Of a DNA stretch of 64,000 nt, positions 1-13,989 are shown piece by piece. Every line of letters starts with the position of its first letter. The stretch's first letter is position 1. A program made the translations under genes and the position numbers. This stretch comes from Tubulanus polymorphus (taxonomy: Eukaryota; Animalia; Nemertea), in contig NC_134032.1 of the NCBI RefSeq assembly GCF_964204645.1, positions 12,574,275 through 12,638,274 of the forward strand, written 5' to 3'. The notes beneath the pieces were generated by a model that did not search any database, was not told the DNA's origin, and was given only the letters and a program-made list of their open reading frames with translations.

Positions 1-19
1 ATCGGAAGTTTTCAACCAG

Positions 20-144
20 GGGCCAGTTACTCAAAAGTTGGTTAAAGATGACCGGCGGATAAATACCATAGTAATTATGAACTTTTAATTGTGACTATAT
101 CAACTCTCAACTGGTTAACTATCCAACTTTTGAGCAACTGACCC
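20..144. mobile_element. MITE, PIF/Harbinger-like (CAG target duplication)
   Basis: TIR GGGCCAGTTACTCAAAAGTTGG / CCAACTTTTGAGCAACTGACCC, flanked by CAG on both sides. A second copy lies at 21791-21917. Confidence 0.7.
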
Positions 145-714
145 CAGCATGTAACGTAAGCGTATTCTAAGCCACCTTTGCCTTAAGATCTGTTTTTGCT
201 GACCCTGTTCAGCCTAAATACATTCAGCCTCTATATTGACCGATGTAACGCGTTGAGACCAGACTCACAATCTAAGCCCAAGGCCAGGTTGTGGAACCGG
301 TCCTACATATTCTCCTGCGTTTAAACTGACGCTGTAAACGGCGCCTCCAGTATCCCAATGAAACAACTTCACTTTCCTGCGTCTTGTATATATAGTATAG
401 TTCAGCCTGAAAAATATGACTTTGATAAGTTAAACACAACAGAAACCTTACAAGACTCCAGTATCAGACTCGTATCATTTCATCTTTCATCTTTCTAAAG
501 GTCGTGTTGAAGGTGCGCACGTGTTTGTCAACACAAACGATCGGAAAAATTTGATTCTCATATTGTGCGGTCGAAAAATATTTACCATACTTTTTTCATA
601 ATCAAACTTAAGACAACGCCGCCGGGGAAACCTTAGAGTTCTTTACCCAAACTTACTTGGTTTCAACGCAAACTGGTTACATAACGGATATGTTTCCCAA
701 AAAAAAAGATAATT

Positions 715-965
715 TTGGAGTCGAGAACGAGAAAGATATAATCCTACTGAATCTTTGAAATCATCGAAAATGAAGTTTTCGCGAGTAACTTATCAACTTA
801 TCATCATCTTATTGAATCCTTGAGTTCAAAGAGAATGAGAAGATCGTTATTAGTAACTAATCATAATTTTATTGAATACTTGAAATCATTGAAAATGAGA
901 AGATCTTTATTATAAGTAACTAATTATAATTTTGTTGAAACTTTGGAGTCATCGAGAATGAGAAA
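715..965 (+). repeat. Degenerate ~58-62 bp tandem repeat
   Basis: TTGAAT..TTGA..TCA..GA.AATGAGAAGATC...AGTAACT.ATCAT repeated about 4 times. A similar family is at ~23460-23660. Confidence 0.65.
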
Positions 966-2517
966 TTGAATAACCTAACAAATTGTACCTCTATGACTGT
1001 ACCTACCTACCTATATCATACAGTGTCTACCAGTGAGCTGAACGCAAATCCAGGGCGTGTCAGTATTCCCGGCGAAGATCTCAAATTCCAATGCGGTTTT
1101 GGATAGAAAATCTTCTCTTTCAATAATATAAAACGCCACGTATGTAAATATAGTTAATTTACATAATGTTGTTAATATACTAAAATCCAGCGAGAAGAAC
1201 TCGCTCCTGCTGCCGACAACCAAAAACATTGACCTGCGAAAAATTCACATATCGTTTCGTAAGGATAGATAGCTTCTACCTTTTGAACGCGAGAATCGAG
1301 AGCCCGATTTCAACTTTGTTTCACCCCGTCATCGATCGACGCGACCTTGAACGCCAGTTGGCATATTCCCCTACACGCGGTTTTTTGTTTTCCTCCCGCC
1401 TCGTAACGATAAGTAGTTTTTTCAAAGCTTTTCTGCGCGGAAATTCCGACATTCCGGCATATAGCGCGTCCCCCTCCGTGAAAGGATCTCGTCGAGAACC
1501 AGTTTTCAGTCTTCGCGAGGCCAACGCCCACAAATGACAACAGTTCAACCGTCCGCGAGCTATTTTACATGCGAAAGTTATATAGGCCGATCGATATGCA
1601 AATTCGACTTTTGAAATTTGAATACGGCGAAAAGTTAGTTGCTCCACGATGAAGTAGTTCATTTTTAACTACCCGAAGCTTAAGAGTTTTAACCTATAAC
1701 TTTTGAAACTGGCCTGAAATATACGACATCAAAGTTTGACACATCGCAATCGTATCTCTCGTTAAATTTGGTTATTTTCAATCTAAATTCAATATCTACA
1801 AATATTATTGAAAGTAAGTTGAAGTATTGTAACTGTATTTATTGAAAGTAAGTCAAAGTCTATCGTGCAATCGACGATTTCTGAAGTTAAATTAAGCTGT
1901 CGTTTTAGAATAAAATCAATTGTTTTCAAATTTCTTAAGAGATATACATGTACATCAACAAAAATCCTCTTTTCAATAAGAATTAAAGTCCAATTCAATA
2001 TTTCTTCGTCGGATTCGATTGGCCAAGACGTCCGCATCGGCCGAGGTATATATTTATACTCAAATCGATCACATGACACCTGTGTTTGGGAATGTTTTCG
2101 ATGGTGATATAAATAGGGCACACGGTGACCCCATTTTACATGATGGGTTCAACAAAATCCTTCCAACCCCCTCCTCTATTCGTCTTCTTTCTATTTACCG
2201 CGCAGCACACGTGACTAGATAATGATATCGATTAGGTTTGTACGCATACGAACTCTAGGTGAACTCTGCGCTGTGTCAAGTAACCCCCGTACACACCCGA
2301 GTCAATAAAAATGATTATTTTTTGATACGAAATTGACGACTTTTCGGTGTGTATTCCATTGTGATATCGAATATCAAATAGATTAAGTTTATTAAACGTT
2401 GGCCTTCGCTCTAATTATAGAAAATTGCAACGTCGCCGAAAACCTATTCGAAAAAACGATCGAATCGCGAAATATACCTTAGTGCAACGTCATCGAAACA
2501 TAACGGTCGATGAATTT

Positions 2518-2742
2518 GAAATTCAAAAATATTCAAATATAAATTTTATCGAGATCAAACTAAAATAAACTAGCTACAATAATTCTAACGTTTCGAAATT
2601 CAAAAATATTCAAATATAAATTTGATCGAGATCAAACTAAAATAAACTAGCTACAATAATTCTAACGTTTCGAAATTCAAAAATATTCAAATATAAATTT
2701 GATCGAGATGAAACTAAGATGAACCAGCTAAAATAATTTTAA
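2518..2742 (+). repeat. 77-bp tandem repeat x3
   Basis: AATTCAAAAATATTCAAATATAAATTT.ATCGAGAT.AAACTAA at ~2519, 2597, 2674. Confidence 0.9.
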
Positions 2743-2965
2743 CTTACGTAATTCAATACCTAATTATTAATTAGGTGAAATAGGATACCTTGTATAATTT
2801 TTACTTGTAAATTTAGAGTTCTACTTCCCTTCAGTTCTAGTATCATCTTTGAAATATTTTGAAATCTAACTTTTTAAACAGTGTTTGGCTTGAGCCTCTT
2901 CGACGAGTAGCTATACAGATGAATAAATTATCTTAGTAGAATTGTATAAAAAGATATCATTTTAC

Positions 2966-3009
2966 CTTGCTTTCAACTCGCTGCAGTAAAATCTAAATCT
3001 TGGCTCCAT
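2966..3009 (-). other. Candidate alternative first exon 3' part (MEPRFRFYCSELKA, or a uORF in a 5' UTR exon)
   Basis: GAAATGG start, 14 codons, then AAG|GTAAAA donor (phase 2). CpG-rich UTR/promoter-like sequence at 3010-3650. Confidence 0.25.
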
Positions 3010-3704
3010 TTCCACTAGTCTACCAGGACTACATCAGTATACACGCTGTAAAGGTTCCCGGGCGTTGCGAGACAGTAAATCAAAAGTTCCGGGCAGAGAA
3101 AAATCAAATATATACACTCAGTGCTACTGACCGGCACCGAATGTCGTTCGGTGAATGTGTAACGAATCAAAATCCAGTCGAAATATATATACACGCATAC
3201 AAATCAAAAGTTTATGCCCCCTTTCCGCGTAACCGGGTTCATTTCGCGTTAAAATACGCGCAATCTACCGTTCAATGCTGTATGTATTTCTGCGTAGATT
3301 TCCAGTCGTTCCGTGAACTGACGATTCGATCTGTGGCAAGCGAGTATCTCGTTGTTTCTTGTAGCTTATCTCGTATATTAAGTTGCGCAATATAATTGTG
3401 CAGTTCGGAAAATGTGGGAAAGTTTCGACGAATACGCGCGCGGCTGCGCGATTATAAAACTGTGATACAGAGAGATAGAGGGTTTGATTGACCTCGCGAC
3501 GAACTCGTGCATTCTTCGTGACCCGTGATAGATTTTTACAGAGTTCCATGATTTTTACTACAGAGCACGATCGAAAAAAACGGTCGCGCATCACCACATC
3601 AACACACACGCACACGTATCAAAGAGACGACGATATTGTGACATCCAGAATTGCACATGAATTCACTTTCAAACCATTGAGTTGAACAGACAGTGCTGCT
3701 GGTC

Positions 3705-3920
3705 GCAGTTGCACCAGGCCCCTCTCAGTTCCACGTTTAGGGCAGTTTTATTCAGGACCGAGTTCCACAGTTTTGGGCAGTTGTATCAAGGACCCAGTTC
3801 CAATGTTTTGGGTAGTTTTATTCAAGACCCAGTTCCACAGTTTTTGACAGTGTTGTATGCAGGATCCAGTTCCACAGTCATGTGGGGTTTGATTTGATTC
3901 GGGCCTCAGTTCCACAGTAC
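3705..3920 (+). repeat. ~35-40 bp tandem array of a MITE-TIR-like motif (GGACCCAGTTCCACAG)
   Basis: About 6 copies of AGTTCCACAG-like cores; the reverse-complement array (ACTGTGGAACTG) is at 20413-20640. Confidence 0.7.
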
Positions 3921-6900
3921 TTCATTCAAATGAATGAAATTTTATGAATCCTGAAAAACGATTTTCTATAATTAAATCAAAAACGATCCATAACGCTGAA
4001 AAGTTAATCACGCAGATGTCACCGATTGAATAGCAGACGATCTTCAACTGGCAGACGAATTAATTTAACATTGTATCCAGATGTTTACAGTACCATCACC
4101 GCAATGTACGTATAGGGTACAATGTTGATACATTATATTTTTGCCTCGTGAAAAATACGATGCACTCGCAGTGGATGGAAATTCGCTCGCTTTTATCTTG
4201 GAGTAATCATCTGGAGTAATCATCTGGAGTAATCATCTTGACAATCGGAGAAAATTCAGCAGTAGCACCACACATAATACACCGTAATACACCGAAAGTG
4301 TATTTTGAACTAGGTATCATCACTGTCTAGAATTTCAAAAAGCCTAATTGGGAATATATATTTCCTGCAATTTATTATCAACAAGCAATTATGTACATGT
4401 TTCTGTATACAAAATGTTATAACGAACAGAATTTTTGGTGACCTGCAATTCGTTGCAACAAGGAGTAAAACGCTGTATTTACGGTTACATTATTCTTAAC
4501 GAACAGATTTTCGGTAAAAGAAAAAGGAGTTTTAGCGTTGCTTAGGCGATTCTTTGCGCCAAATCCCACCCACAAAACAACACTACCAAAAAATTTAACA
4601 ATTCTATAAATCTGAAAATTTGAAATAACGAAAATATTTCTAAATTCGTAATATGCCAAAACCCAGCTTTACAACGTTATAGATTTTGATAAACTTCAGA
4701 CTAATGCTTTCGAGGTATGCGATAAAATGAATTAAGCCCTTGTGAAAAAAGTTCAACAGGAAGGTAATCTGTCTCGTGTGTAAAATAATTGCTGAACTCA
4801 CCAGACGGAAACCAACCCGAATTTGTGTATTATTAAGTAGCAAATAATTCGTTGACAAAGTTCAAAGATTGTTTGTAAGGTCACGACGCGTAAAGCAGTA
4901 CAGACTATTTTCATTCGGCTTATTTAAAATTTACATGTCTGTCACCGATATATACGTATATGCACAGCACTGTCCAGACAGTCGAGTCCTCGGTGACCTC
5001 TGACAAATTACGAAACCTATATTCAATATACTAGAGTCTGTCTGGTGGTCATACGGGTCGTGCGAAAAAACAGAGAACAGTATATATAATCCAAGCAAAT
5101 CAAAAACTAAAATCTTAAATGGACAAAATGTAATCATTTTTGTTGTTGTTGTTGTTCATTTCAGCAACTTTTCTTAAAACAAATGAGAAAAGCTCTGAAA
5201 ATAAAGATATCGAAATTGTAAGAATTTTCTTTTTTCCAAATTTCGTTTAATGAATTTCAGTGAAAAAAACTACATTAACATTCCATAAGATACGAAGCAA
5301 TTTTTCAATCTCGTGAAAGGTCAGGAAAGTAAAGTTCAGCACCTTTCAGTCAAAGGTGGATTTCTACTCATGAAAATAAATGAATTCGTCTAGGAAACGA
5401 TACAGCCGCTGTCAGGTATTTGCGAGCTGTCTGAACCTGTAGGCACCACCTGTACTACTACTACTAGTCAGAAGCCGTTTGTCACGTGAAGGTTACGCGA
5501 AGGTCGTCGGGTCAAACAAGGTACTACCATAAATCAATTAGACGACCAAACGCGAAAAAAATGATAGCAGGCTAATAGAAACGAGACTGCGACTACAGTC
5601 TAATCGTTCTTACAGTCCTGTAGTGTGGCTGTCTCCACAGTGATCTATGTCACTCTACGATCCTAGTGTACCCACTAAGGTTCTTGGTGAATCTCATCGT
5701 CACAACAACGACTGTCTCGTTTTCGTAAGACAAGAGACCGTGGACTCGCGGACGTTTTTAGAATTTCCATGGTTACAACGCAAATGATCACACAAACTCG
5801 GGGATGATATTGTCATTTTCAGATCGAGAGATTAACATTCCCCAAAGAATTGCCGTAGAATGATCATGATCGAAGTGTAAGGCCTAATGCGCCTATACCC
5901 TGTACACCGTACTTTGGACCGAGAAGCGAAAAATTCCGAATTGAAGTGTCAACCATCAGATAGCGACGAAAAAGATGAATACAATTTCTTTTTAAACTGT
6001 GTCCTTGAACGCGTCGACCCACGGCAAATAATGCCCCTTTTATTTCGATTTATGCGTTAATTCTAAATCAAAATTGTCAACTGCTGACCCGTATTGTAAA
6101 CAGAAAGGGGCAGGGTTCGAGACCGTGACTTTTTTCTAACCCGGGTCGCGCCGCCGGTTACCTAACAACGGAAAACAAAAATAAACTTAACAACAAGGTG
6201 ATGACGTCATCATCTGTTTTTTAATGGCTTCACAGAAAGAATCCATAAAGAACTTTCTCAAGGTTTCGGGTTCTTTAGATAATTTTTTAGAGTCAAACGT
6301 AGTTCAATTCTTTCGCTTTCTCACTTCGTTGGCCGCAGTCGATGGAATGCTGGCAAGCGAGGATGAATGAATCGTTTGCCATCGTTGTGACAGTATAATC
6401 ATGACGATATCGATTTTGTCTCAGTGCGACTCCGTTGCAGACGAACGTTTAGATGCTGATCACGTGACTGCTGGAGGTCAACACTGGCTGTCGTAGCGAT
6501 AATTTCTTTGTCTAAAATCCACGAAACTTTCAATCGCCAAATACAACGCGTAAAATGATGTGTATATGTGTATGTATGTGTGGCGAATCCTTTGTGTTGT
6601 GAATTAACGTTGCCATTGAGACCTTGACCTAGCATATATATATTTAAACTAACGAGAAAATGCGAGAGAAAGAGAATTCTAGGTATTTTATGTTTACACC
6701 CTTGACCACATGCGTGCCCCCTTTCCGCGCACAGTTCCAGAAACCTGAATAATATCAGTGTAAATATTATCTTCGACCCGATGAGAAATTCCGATTGACC
6801 TTTCCATGGATGTAAGTCAAGGTCGCACCGTGATACGCAAACGATTTTCGCCCAGTTTCCGAGTAAAAATGAAATGCCAAAATGCAAAGAAAAACTCTAA

Positions 6901-9900
6901 GTATCTTAGAAATGATGAACAGTTTGGCTATCTTGGCTATCATAATGTTATGAACTTCCCTTGAAACTGGATAGGGCATAAATCATCTCAAAAATAACTT
7001 TTTTTCTCATTTTTCGAGTCTCAGTTTGTCATCATTAACTAATTGAAAATTATGTGAATTTATGTTTAGAAAATCCCCATTTTGCATCAAATCGAATGAC
7101 CACGGGCGCTTCACAGTTCACAGATTCCAAAGGTGACATGAGCTTCCTTCAAATTTATCATTGAGATATCTACTGACACTTGAAGTTATGTCCGCCAGCA
7201 TCAGACATACTGCGGCGCGCGAGGACCGCGGGATGACGCGCACTGATAAAAACGACTGGTAGACCAGGCTCTGATAGCCAGCCCGTTGGGAAAAGCGCCC
7301 GTTCGATAGATCTTGATCAGTCTGGTAAAAATTCGCTCTCAATTATCCGCTAGATGGCGGATGCGTTGGCCACGACGGCGAAGAAAGCATAGATGGCTTG
7401 GTCCAAAATAAGATCGGGGATGGCGCGCATGATGATTTGATTGCTGTGACATAAACCTACACTTGGGGCGTGATAATGGACTCTTCCAAATCCATTTTTC
7501 ATCCCATTCATTTATGTCATCTGGCGCTCCTTAAATCCCTGGCACTCGACACTAAGTCTTTTCCTGTATTGACTGATTGATAAATCTCTTAACATACTAC
7601 GTTATATAGTATTTCTATACGGCCCATACGGCCATAGAGATTCCATCTCTCTAGCAACATCTGCCATCATTCGTGTGCATTGTTCCGCCAGCCTAAATCC
7701 ACCACCACGATCACTGTTTACACCGTGATTCCACTGTTTGAGATCAATTGTAATTTTATCGCGCATTCAAACAGAATGCGTGTGTTTGAGTTCTAATGCT
7801 TACTTAAATTAGCGCTCATATACTAGATACGAGATTTACTGTATTGGAATTATTGGCCTCTCGAACACGAGGGGGAATATTACGGCTTTCCTTTAGGCAA
7901 TAAATGGTAGATGAGACTTGTTTTTCTGCAATATCGTGAACAATTTCGGGATTACATGCTTTTTACCTCAATTACGTCTTAACAATTTAGGTCTTAACTT
8001 AGGCGATGTCCGCAATGCTTTTGCGCTAACTTAGGAATATCGAAAAAACTAATCTTATCATTAAAGCTGTGTGGTACATTGAATATTGAATCAAATATCC
8101 ATACTATAAAATATTGCGATGGTCTATTTCGAAACGTCGTGTCGTTTTTTGATATTTGATGAATAATTATTATTTTGAACGTTAAAGCTTTTAAATCTTG
8201 TAATCTATTCTCCACGCCTGCTTGAACCGGTACGAACCGTTTAACCGAGTTTAGCCCAGAGTGTCGATCGATATGGATCATCGATATAAGCTGGAAATAA
8301 AAAAAAGATTAAAGTAATTTCATTCAACCGGTCGGCGGACTTCAAGAGCCAATATGAACGACCAGCTAAAAGTCCAACGTCTACAACGGCGTGAGTGAGA
8401 CTATTACCAAGCCACGAGTCTGCGGCGGTCTCGCGGATTTTAGTGCCGGGGAAGGCAGCATTAAAATGTGTTGTTCCGAAAACATCATTCCCCGTTATGT
8501 AACTGTCATTTCTATAAAAACTCACAGAGCATAGTAACGGGATGTGGAGGAAGCGCGGGAACTGGTCGTCAGGCCGGGTAGTATCGAAGTCGTCTGCATC
8601 TAACCCTTAGCAACGGATGCACGGCCGCCCGAACGTCTGCCTTGTGCATGGCAACGCGACCGCCGCATCCCGGTGGCTGCTGAGGTTGGCAAAACGCCTA
8701 GAAACGCAGAGCCTACATCATCACTCGGCCCACGGTTACGGCAGTCGAGTCATCGTCAAAAACCATCAAAGCACTCGCTCATTCCCAGAATCAAGGCGGC
8801 AACGACGATTCAAATCAGTCAAAAGTTAATTGACTTGTTTCTACGTCGTGAATAGACATAATTGGGTAATTAACCCGTCCGACACCAGGTGGCATAAATA
8901 TTTGAAATATTGAAGTGGGGGTGAATTGTTACGTAATTATGATTCAATTATTATCATTTCGATGACAACCGTAGAATTAGCTTGTAGCACGCATAGTAAT
9001 TATCGGTGACGTCATTTATTTCGGTCTAGATGTGTGGATGTTTGATTTTCAAATCATGCAAATATGTGATTGGGGCAAATATATAAACCGCAGGTTCAAA
9101 CACGAACGAACTAACGTTTGCATTCTTGGCGAGTTTGACAAAATTTTACAAAATTAAACCCGTACTGGGGATGGCCATTTTGACTTATGGGAACCTTAGT
9201 TTTTCATATATTTATATCGTAATATTTTTTTTAAACTTTGAATTTTCTCGGTAAACTTTTCCTTTAAATGTCTCCGGAACCTTTTGCTGGAACCGTATTT
9301 TGAAATGGAGCAGGCGAAGAATATGCTATTTTCCACATGTTTGTAGCATAGATGCCTCTATGCCTATCCCCGACCCCTTCTGCGTAGCTGTGTCGGAGGC
9401 TGCAACCTAGATGAAATTGTTGTAAAGTTTGGAAAAGAATATATTCTTGAATCAGGAACCGAGAAATCTTTTTAACTGGCAACTTGAGTGTGACGCCGGA
9501 ATTGCGTGACGCCGTCGCAGACGAATTCTCCACTCAAATGGATGAGTGTGGATCTAGTCATGAATGTTAGTATTTGAAAACATGGACTAGACCTACAATC
9601 ATTCACTGAAGTAGACATGTATTAAAGTGCGGCAGACATTATCGAACCAATCCCTGTTTTTCGATGTTAAGAAAAAAAGACGACGACAACCTTCGCGAAT
9701 ATGGAACGAAATCCTTCCTGTCGGTTTCGGTGCGACGAATCCGGGTTTTTATATCGCGGAATGGCAAGAGTGGGTCGAAAAACCAACAATACGAAATCGA
9801 TACAACGACAAGTTAACAATACAAACAATCTTGTCCCAAATTCGAGAGTAGTCTAACCATGTACATGAGAGAAAATAATGCATACGGTTTTAAACGTTGC

Positions 9901-12374
9901 ATAGTAAACCGGTTCAAACGGATGAACCTAGATTTGAGACCCAAATCGAAAAGATACCGCGTGAATTGATCTAAGACTCTCGAAGAATGGTGAAAAGATT
10001 CTAAAGCAGAAATGTTGCGAATGAAAAAGACCGCTCGAAATTGATATTCGGAGACAAATTCACACAAACACCAATTCAGCTCTGAATCTGTTCAGATTTG
10101 GAAAAAAGATTCCGCACGAAAACGATATCAGATCTAAACCCCTCAATCCGCTGATCTTGTGGTGAGATAGGTGTATTTGTTGAGTCCTCTCTGTCCGAAT
10201 TTGAAGTGTAAATCCACGGAAATCCTTCGCCGAAAATTCATCAGCGCTAAGCCCGCAAACTGGTCCCTTTTCGCGGCGTCTGATCACTAACTGCTAGCGT
10301 ATATGGCCGAGCGGTGGGATTGGAAGCCCATTAAATCACCTAGCATTCCTCAACACAGAACAAAACCAACTCATTGAAACCCACAGTTCCGGAAACTTTC
10401 AACGCACTGCGCATGCGTTACCGTATTGTTCCCATTGTGACCGTCCGACAATGCGAGTCGTTAAACTCGCGAAATACGTTTTCAAAAGGCGTCCAACAGG
10501 GCCGGTATAGTTACAATAGGCAAGAGCTATTTTTGAATGAAGTCCTTTTCGAATTTGTGTTCATGCATACAAACTACTACTCTGTATAAATGAAGACAAT
10601 TAATTTTGACGGGACGCGACTGTGGTCTAAAGGTTTGACTATATCTCTACGTAAAAGTTTTGTGGGATTATATTGAATGCTTTGCAATACACCGCCATGA
10701 CAGTTTGCGCACAACACTGAAAGCCAGTAGCTTATCATAGTGCTATTTAAAGAAATTGATTCAAGCGTGGGTTTTTTAATTGAATAGAAATAAATATCAA
10801 ACGCATAGATTTATAAAAAAAGAATCGTGCTCTGAATAGCGAAGAATGATAGAATGCGAACAAGATGTGACCTGTCCCCCGGGAGAATTGTCGGTAGGCC
10901 TAAGGCAATTACTGACAAAAATGTATAGGGAACAAGATTTCGCAGACGTTTTATCGCTTTCTGATTTTATCACTCATTTATTTATCATGTGATGTTCTAT
11001 GCAAAGGTGGCCGTTTTAGTAGAAGGAGGCTTCAGGGTCGTATACCGGGGACCAAAATCCAAGCGCCAGGATATTCCCTGCACGAACATTCAGGCACAAT
11101 ATTCCGCGGTTTGTGGTCGGTGGCCGACCAGATATCAATTCCTAAAGTCCAACAGCCGCTGACTCCAGCAGACGTTTATCATTTTAACTCCCCTGAACAC
11201 CGTCGACGCCTCGCCTAGTAATTCGGACTTCGGAGTAATCATTCTGGTTACTCCAAGTTCGGACGAACTAGTCCCTACGAAATTAGTCCGAGGTATAAGC
11301 GAAGTCCGAGTTAAGCATCGGGAAGATAAGATGGACATTTTGAAAAGAAATATATTTTGGTCTCTGTCCAAGTTGGTCATATCCGAATATAAAGCGTTGT
11401 TTATGGTAGAACCAAAAATATTTTAACTTAGAATATATATATTTTTTTCAAAACGGACAGTTTCAACGTCCTTTTAGTCGAGGGTTTCAGCGCCCATTAA
11501 AATGAGAAAGTTTTCAGCGCCCATTAAAATGAGAAGGTTTTAGCGTCCATTAAAAGAAAAAACCTGAACAATCTAGTTCTACATGTTATCTACATAGAAC
11601 TAAAAACTTACAAAAGACATTTCCTTTTGTAATAAACTTCCAGGTCTCGCGATATTCTGTCGTTGACGATTCAAATATATCTATTGACAAAATAAATCTA
11701 TTGACGAAGATGAAAAAAAAACCCCGATGAATAAAACTAGATATTCGCCCCCTAATTCTTACACCGTGAAATCTAACATTTCTATAGACCGGTTTTCATA
11801 CTGTGTATAAAGAAAAAAGTTGTAACTACGCCACAAGACGATATACGAATATCTATAGTAAAAAAAAAAACTGGATTAGAAAATGCCCGAGGGTTCAACC
11901 GAACTAACGCCGGACCCCCTGGCGCGATTATACCTATCTCTCCCAGATTATTACTAAAGATGAATTCTATATCAAAACCGCCAACCTTCGCGGTAATTGT
12001 TTGGAGGCAAAAGAACATGTTTCGAAGATCTTTGACAAGAATTTTTGTTCTATTTATGAATGACGTTATATACGTTTTCTAGGTGTGTCGCAATTAAAAT
12101 CTTCATGGAATCGAATGAATTCAACAAGTTACTTCTTGTGGAGGTGCGAACGAGTTTCCTGACGATTAGAAATAAAAAGATAACGAATTTGGAGCATGCA
12201 GTTGAATGTATAAACACCGATCCAAAATGGTAAAATCCCAAACAATAAAACGACTTTTAAGAATCATTCCAACAATTAACCACCGTTAATGACTGTGTTA
12301 TACCTACGAGCAATTATCTGATAATGCTCGTAGGTTATACGCACATATTACAAGCTAACCACTGGTCAAGGGAA

Positions 12375-12815
12375 CTAGTTCTATTGGTCTAGCAATTCTT
12401 GCTTTCTCCGTGCGAGACCCGAGTTCGTTCCCCGGGGATTGCTCGTTATTTCACTGTCACTGTTAATCGTTTATACAACTATTCACTAGACTAATCAACC
12501 GTCATCAGTAAAATAACCAGAACTCACAAGTATTAGTCTAGTTCTATGGTCTACTGGTTAGCACGTTCCACGAACTGGACCCGGGTTCGATCCCCGGTGA
12601 GTGCGTAGAATTTCACGCTGATCATTCTTTCATTCTGATCATCAGCCGTCATTAGTAATAGCTACAAACCGAAACTATGTCTCTAAGTTTATTGGTCAAC
12701 TGGTTAACACGCTCGCTTTCGTACGAGACCCGGGTTCGATCCCCGGTGGGTGCGCATTATTTCACACTGTCACTCTTAATCGTTACCGGTACGCTGTTCA
12801 CAAGGCTTATCAACA
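12375..12815 (+). mobile_element. Three tandem degenerate tRNA-derived SINE heads / tRNA pseudogenes
   Basis: Each unit has an A-box-like TGGTC-n-ACTGGTTA and a B-box GACCCGGGTTCGATCCCCGG (12416, 12578, 12727) followed by a shared tail ATTTCAC(A)CTGTCACT. No complete cloverleaf or anticodon arm. Confidence 0.65.
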
Positions 12816-13911
12816 GTCGTAACTATAATGACATTTTAGTGAATAAGCAACTGGCAATTCTGGCTAATTGGCCATATTTCAGTAGCCCAACAAAATCCAG
12901 GCATCAATATGCTGCCATGGGCACCCCTGCGACATTCGTCATTTTCAGCATGAAGTCTGGACGATCACTTTTTGTAAGTGCGCTAATAAAATGACCAATG
13001 TCCAGCGTTCGTTCGTGCCTCAGGTGAAATCCTGAACACATGTCTGAAATCTAGGCGATCAAAAGGGCAGCATCGCACGCTGATTTGTATAAATTAACTA
13101 CCGCCGATGGAAGTGTGTCAGTCAACGAGATGACACTCATTCGCGAAATAATCCTTGAAAAAACAAGCAATTGTGAAGAAGAAAAACTATAAGAGAGTAC
13201 AGTGACGTTGGTTTTGACACAATTCTAAGGGCCATTTGTTAAGCTACTGAATTACTAAGTAGAAAGTCATACTCGGAAACCAGAACTCTTGATTACTCTG
13301 TTGATATCCTACAGAATATCATCGATAATTGATATCCTACAGAATATCATCGATAATTTCCATGTCTAGATTTTTTTTTTGAGGACCCGTTAACCCGGTT
13401 GTACTAGTGACACAGCAAGATGATACATATACGAATTCATATCCCACGCCGGATTGCGACAAGTTTTTGCTAGAAAACTTGTTTTCCATGAGCAAACTCA
13501 AAACTAGTTCAGGCAAATAATGTCATTTCGTACTATTGTTTTTGCTGCTACCGAGAAACCATGAAATTACGCCTCTTTTAAATGATTCAACGCACACAGT
13601 TTTTACGCTCAATTTTGTATTTCTGGCAATTTTATGATTACGATGATTGTCAAAAGCTATTCTATTTTCGCAACTTTGTAGGGTATTCATTCTGAGACTC
13701 AAAGAATGAGAAAAGCGCCGGGAACATTTTTGAATTCTTGAAAAAATGGATGCAGGGTGATATATACTAGACTTTTGATGGTGATGGATTTAAGGTCTTT
13801 TTCAATTTCTTTTTGGCTAAAAGTTTAAAAAAACTGGTTGGAATATTCTAGCAAATTCATTGAATCATTTTCGTTGTATAAAAGTCGGTAAAACCATTTG
13901 TAGGCTTCCAG

Positions 13912-13989
13912 GGCCCGGTTCCACATTTTTTTTAGTTAAAAAAAACTATGGAGTCAAATTCAACTCACTGCAATGGATGGAACTGGACC
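13912..13989. mobile_element. Short MITE of the GGCCCGGTTCCACA family
   Basis: CAG|GGCCCGGTTCCA ... TGGAACTGGACC|CAG. Related ends at ~29779-29936, ~33986-34066 and ~16366-16463. Confidence 0.5.

Noticed and set aside
12535-12760. Possible tRNA genes
   Set aside because: B-box and T-arm are present but acceptor and anticodon stems cannot be formed; treated as SINE or pseudogene.
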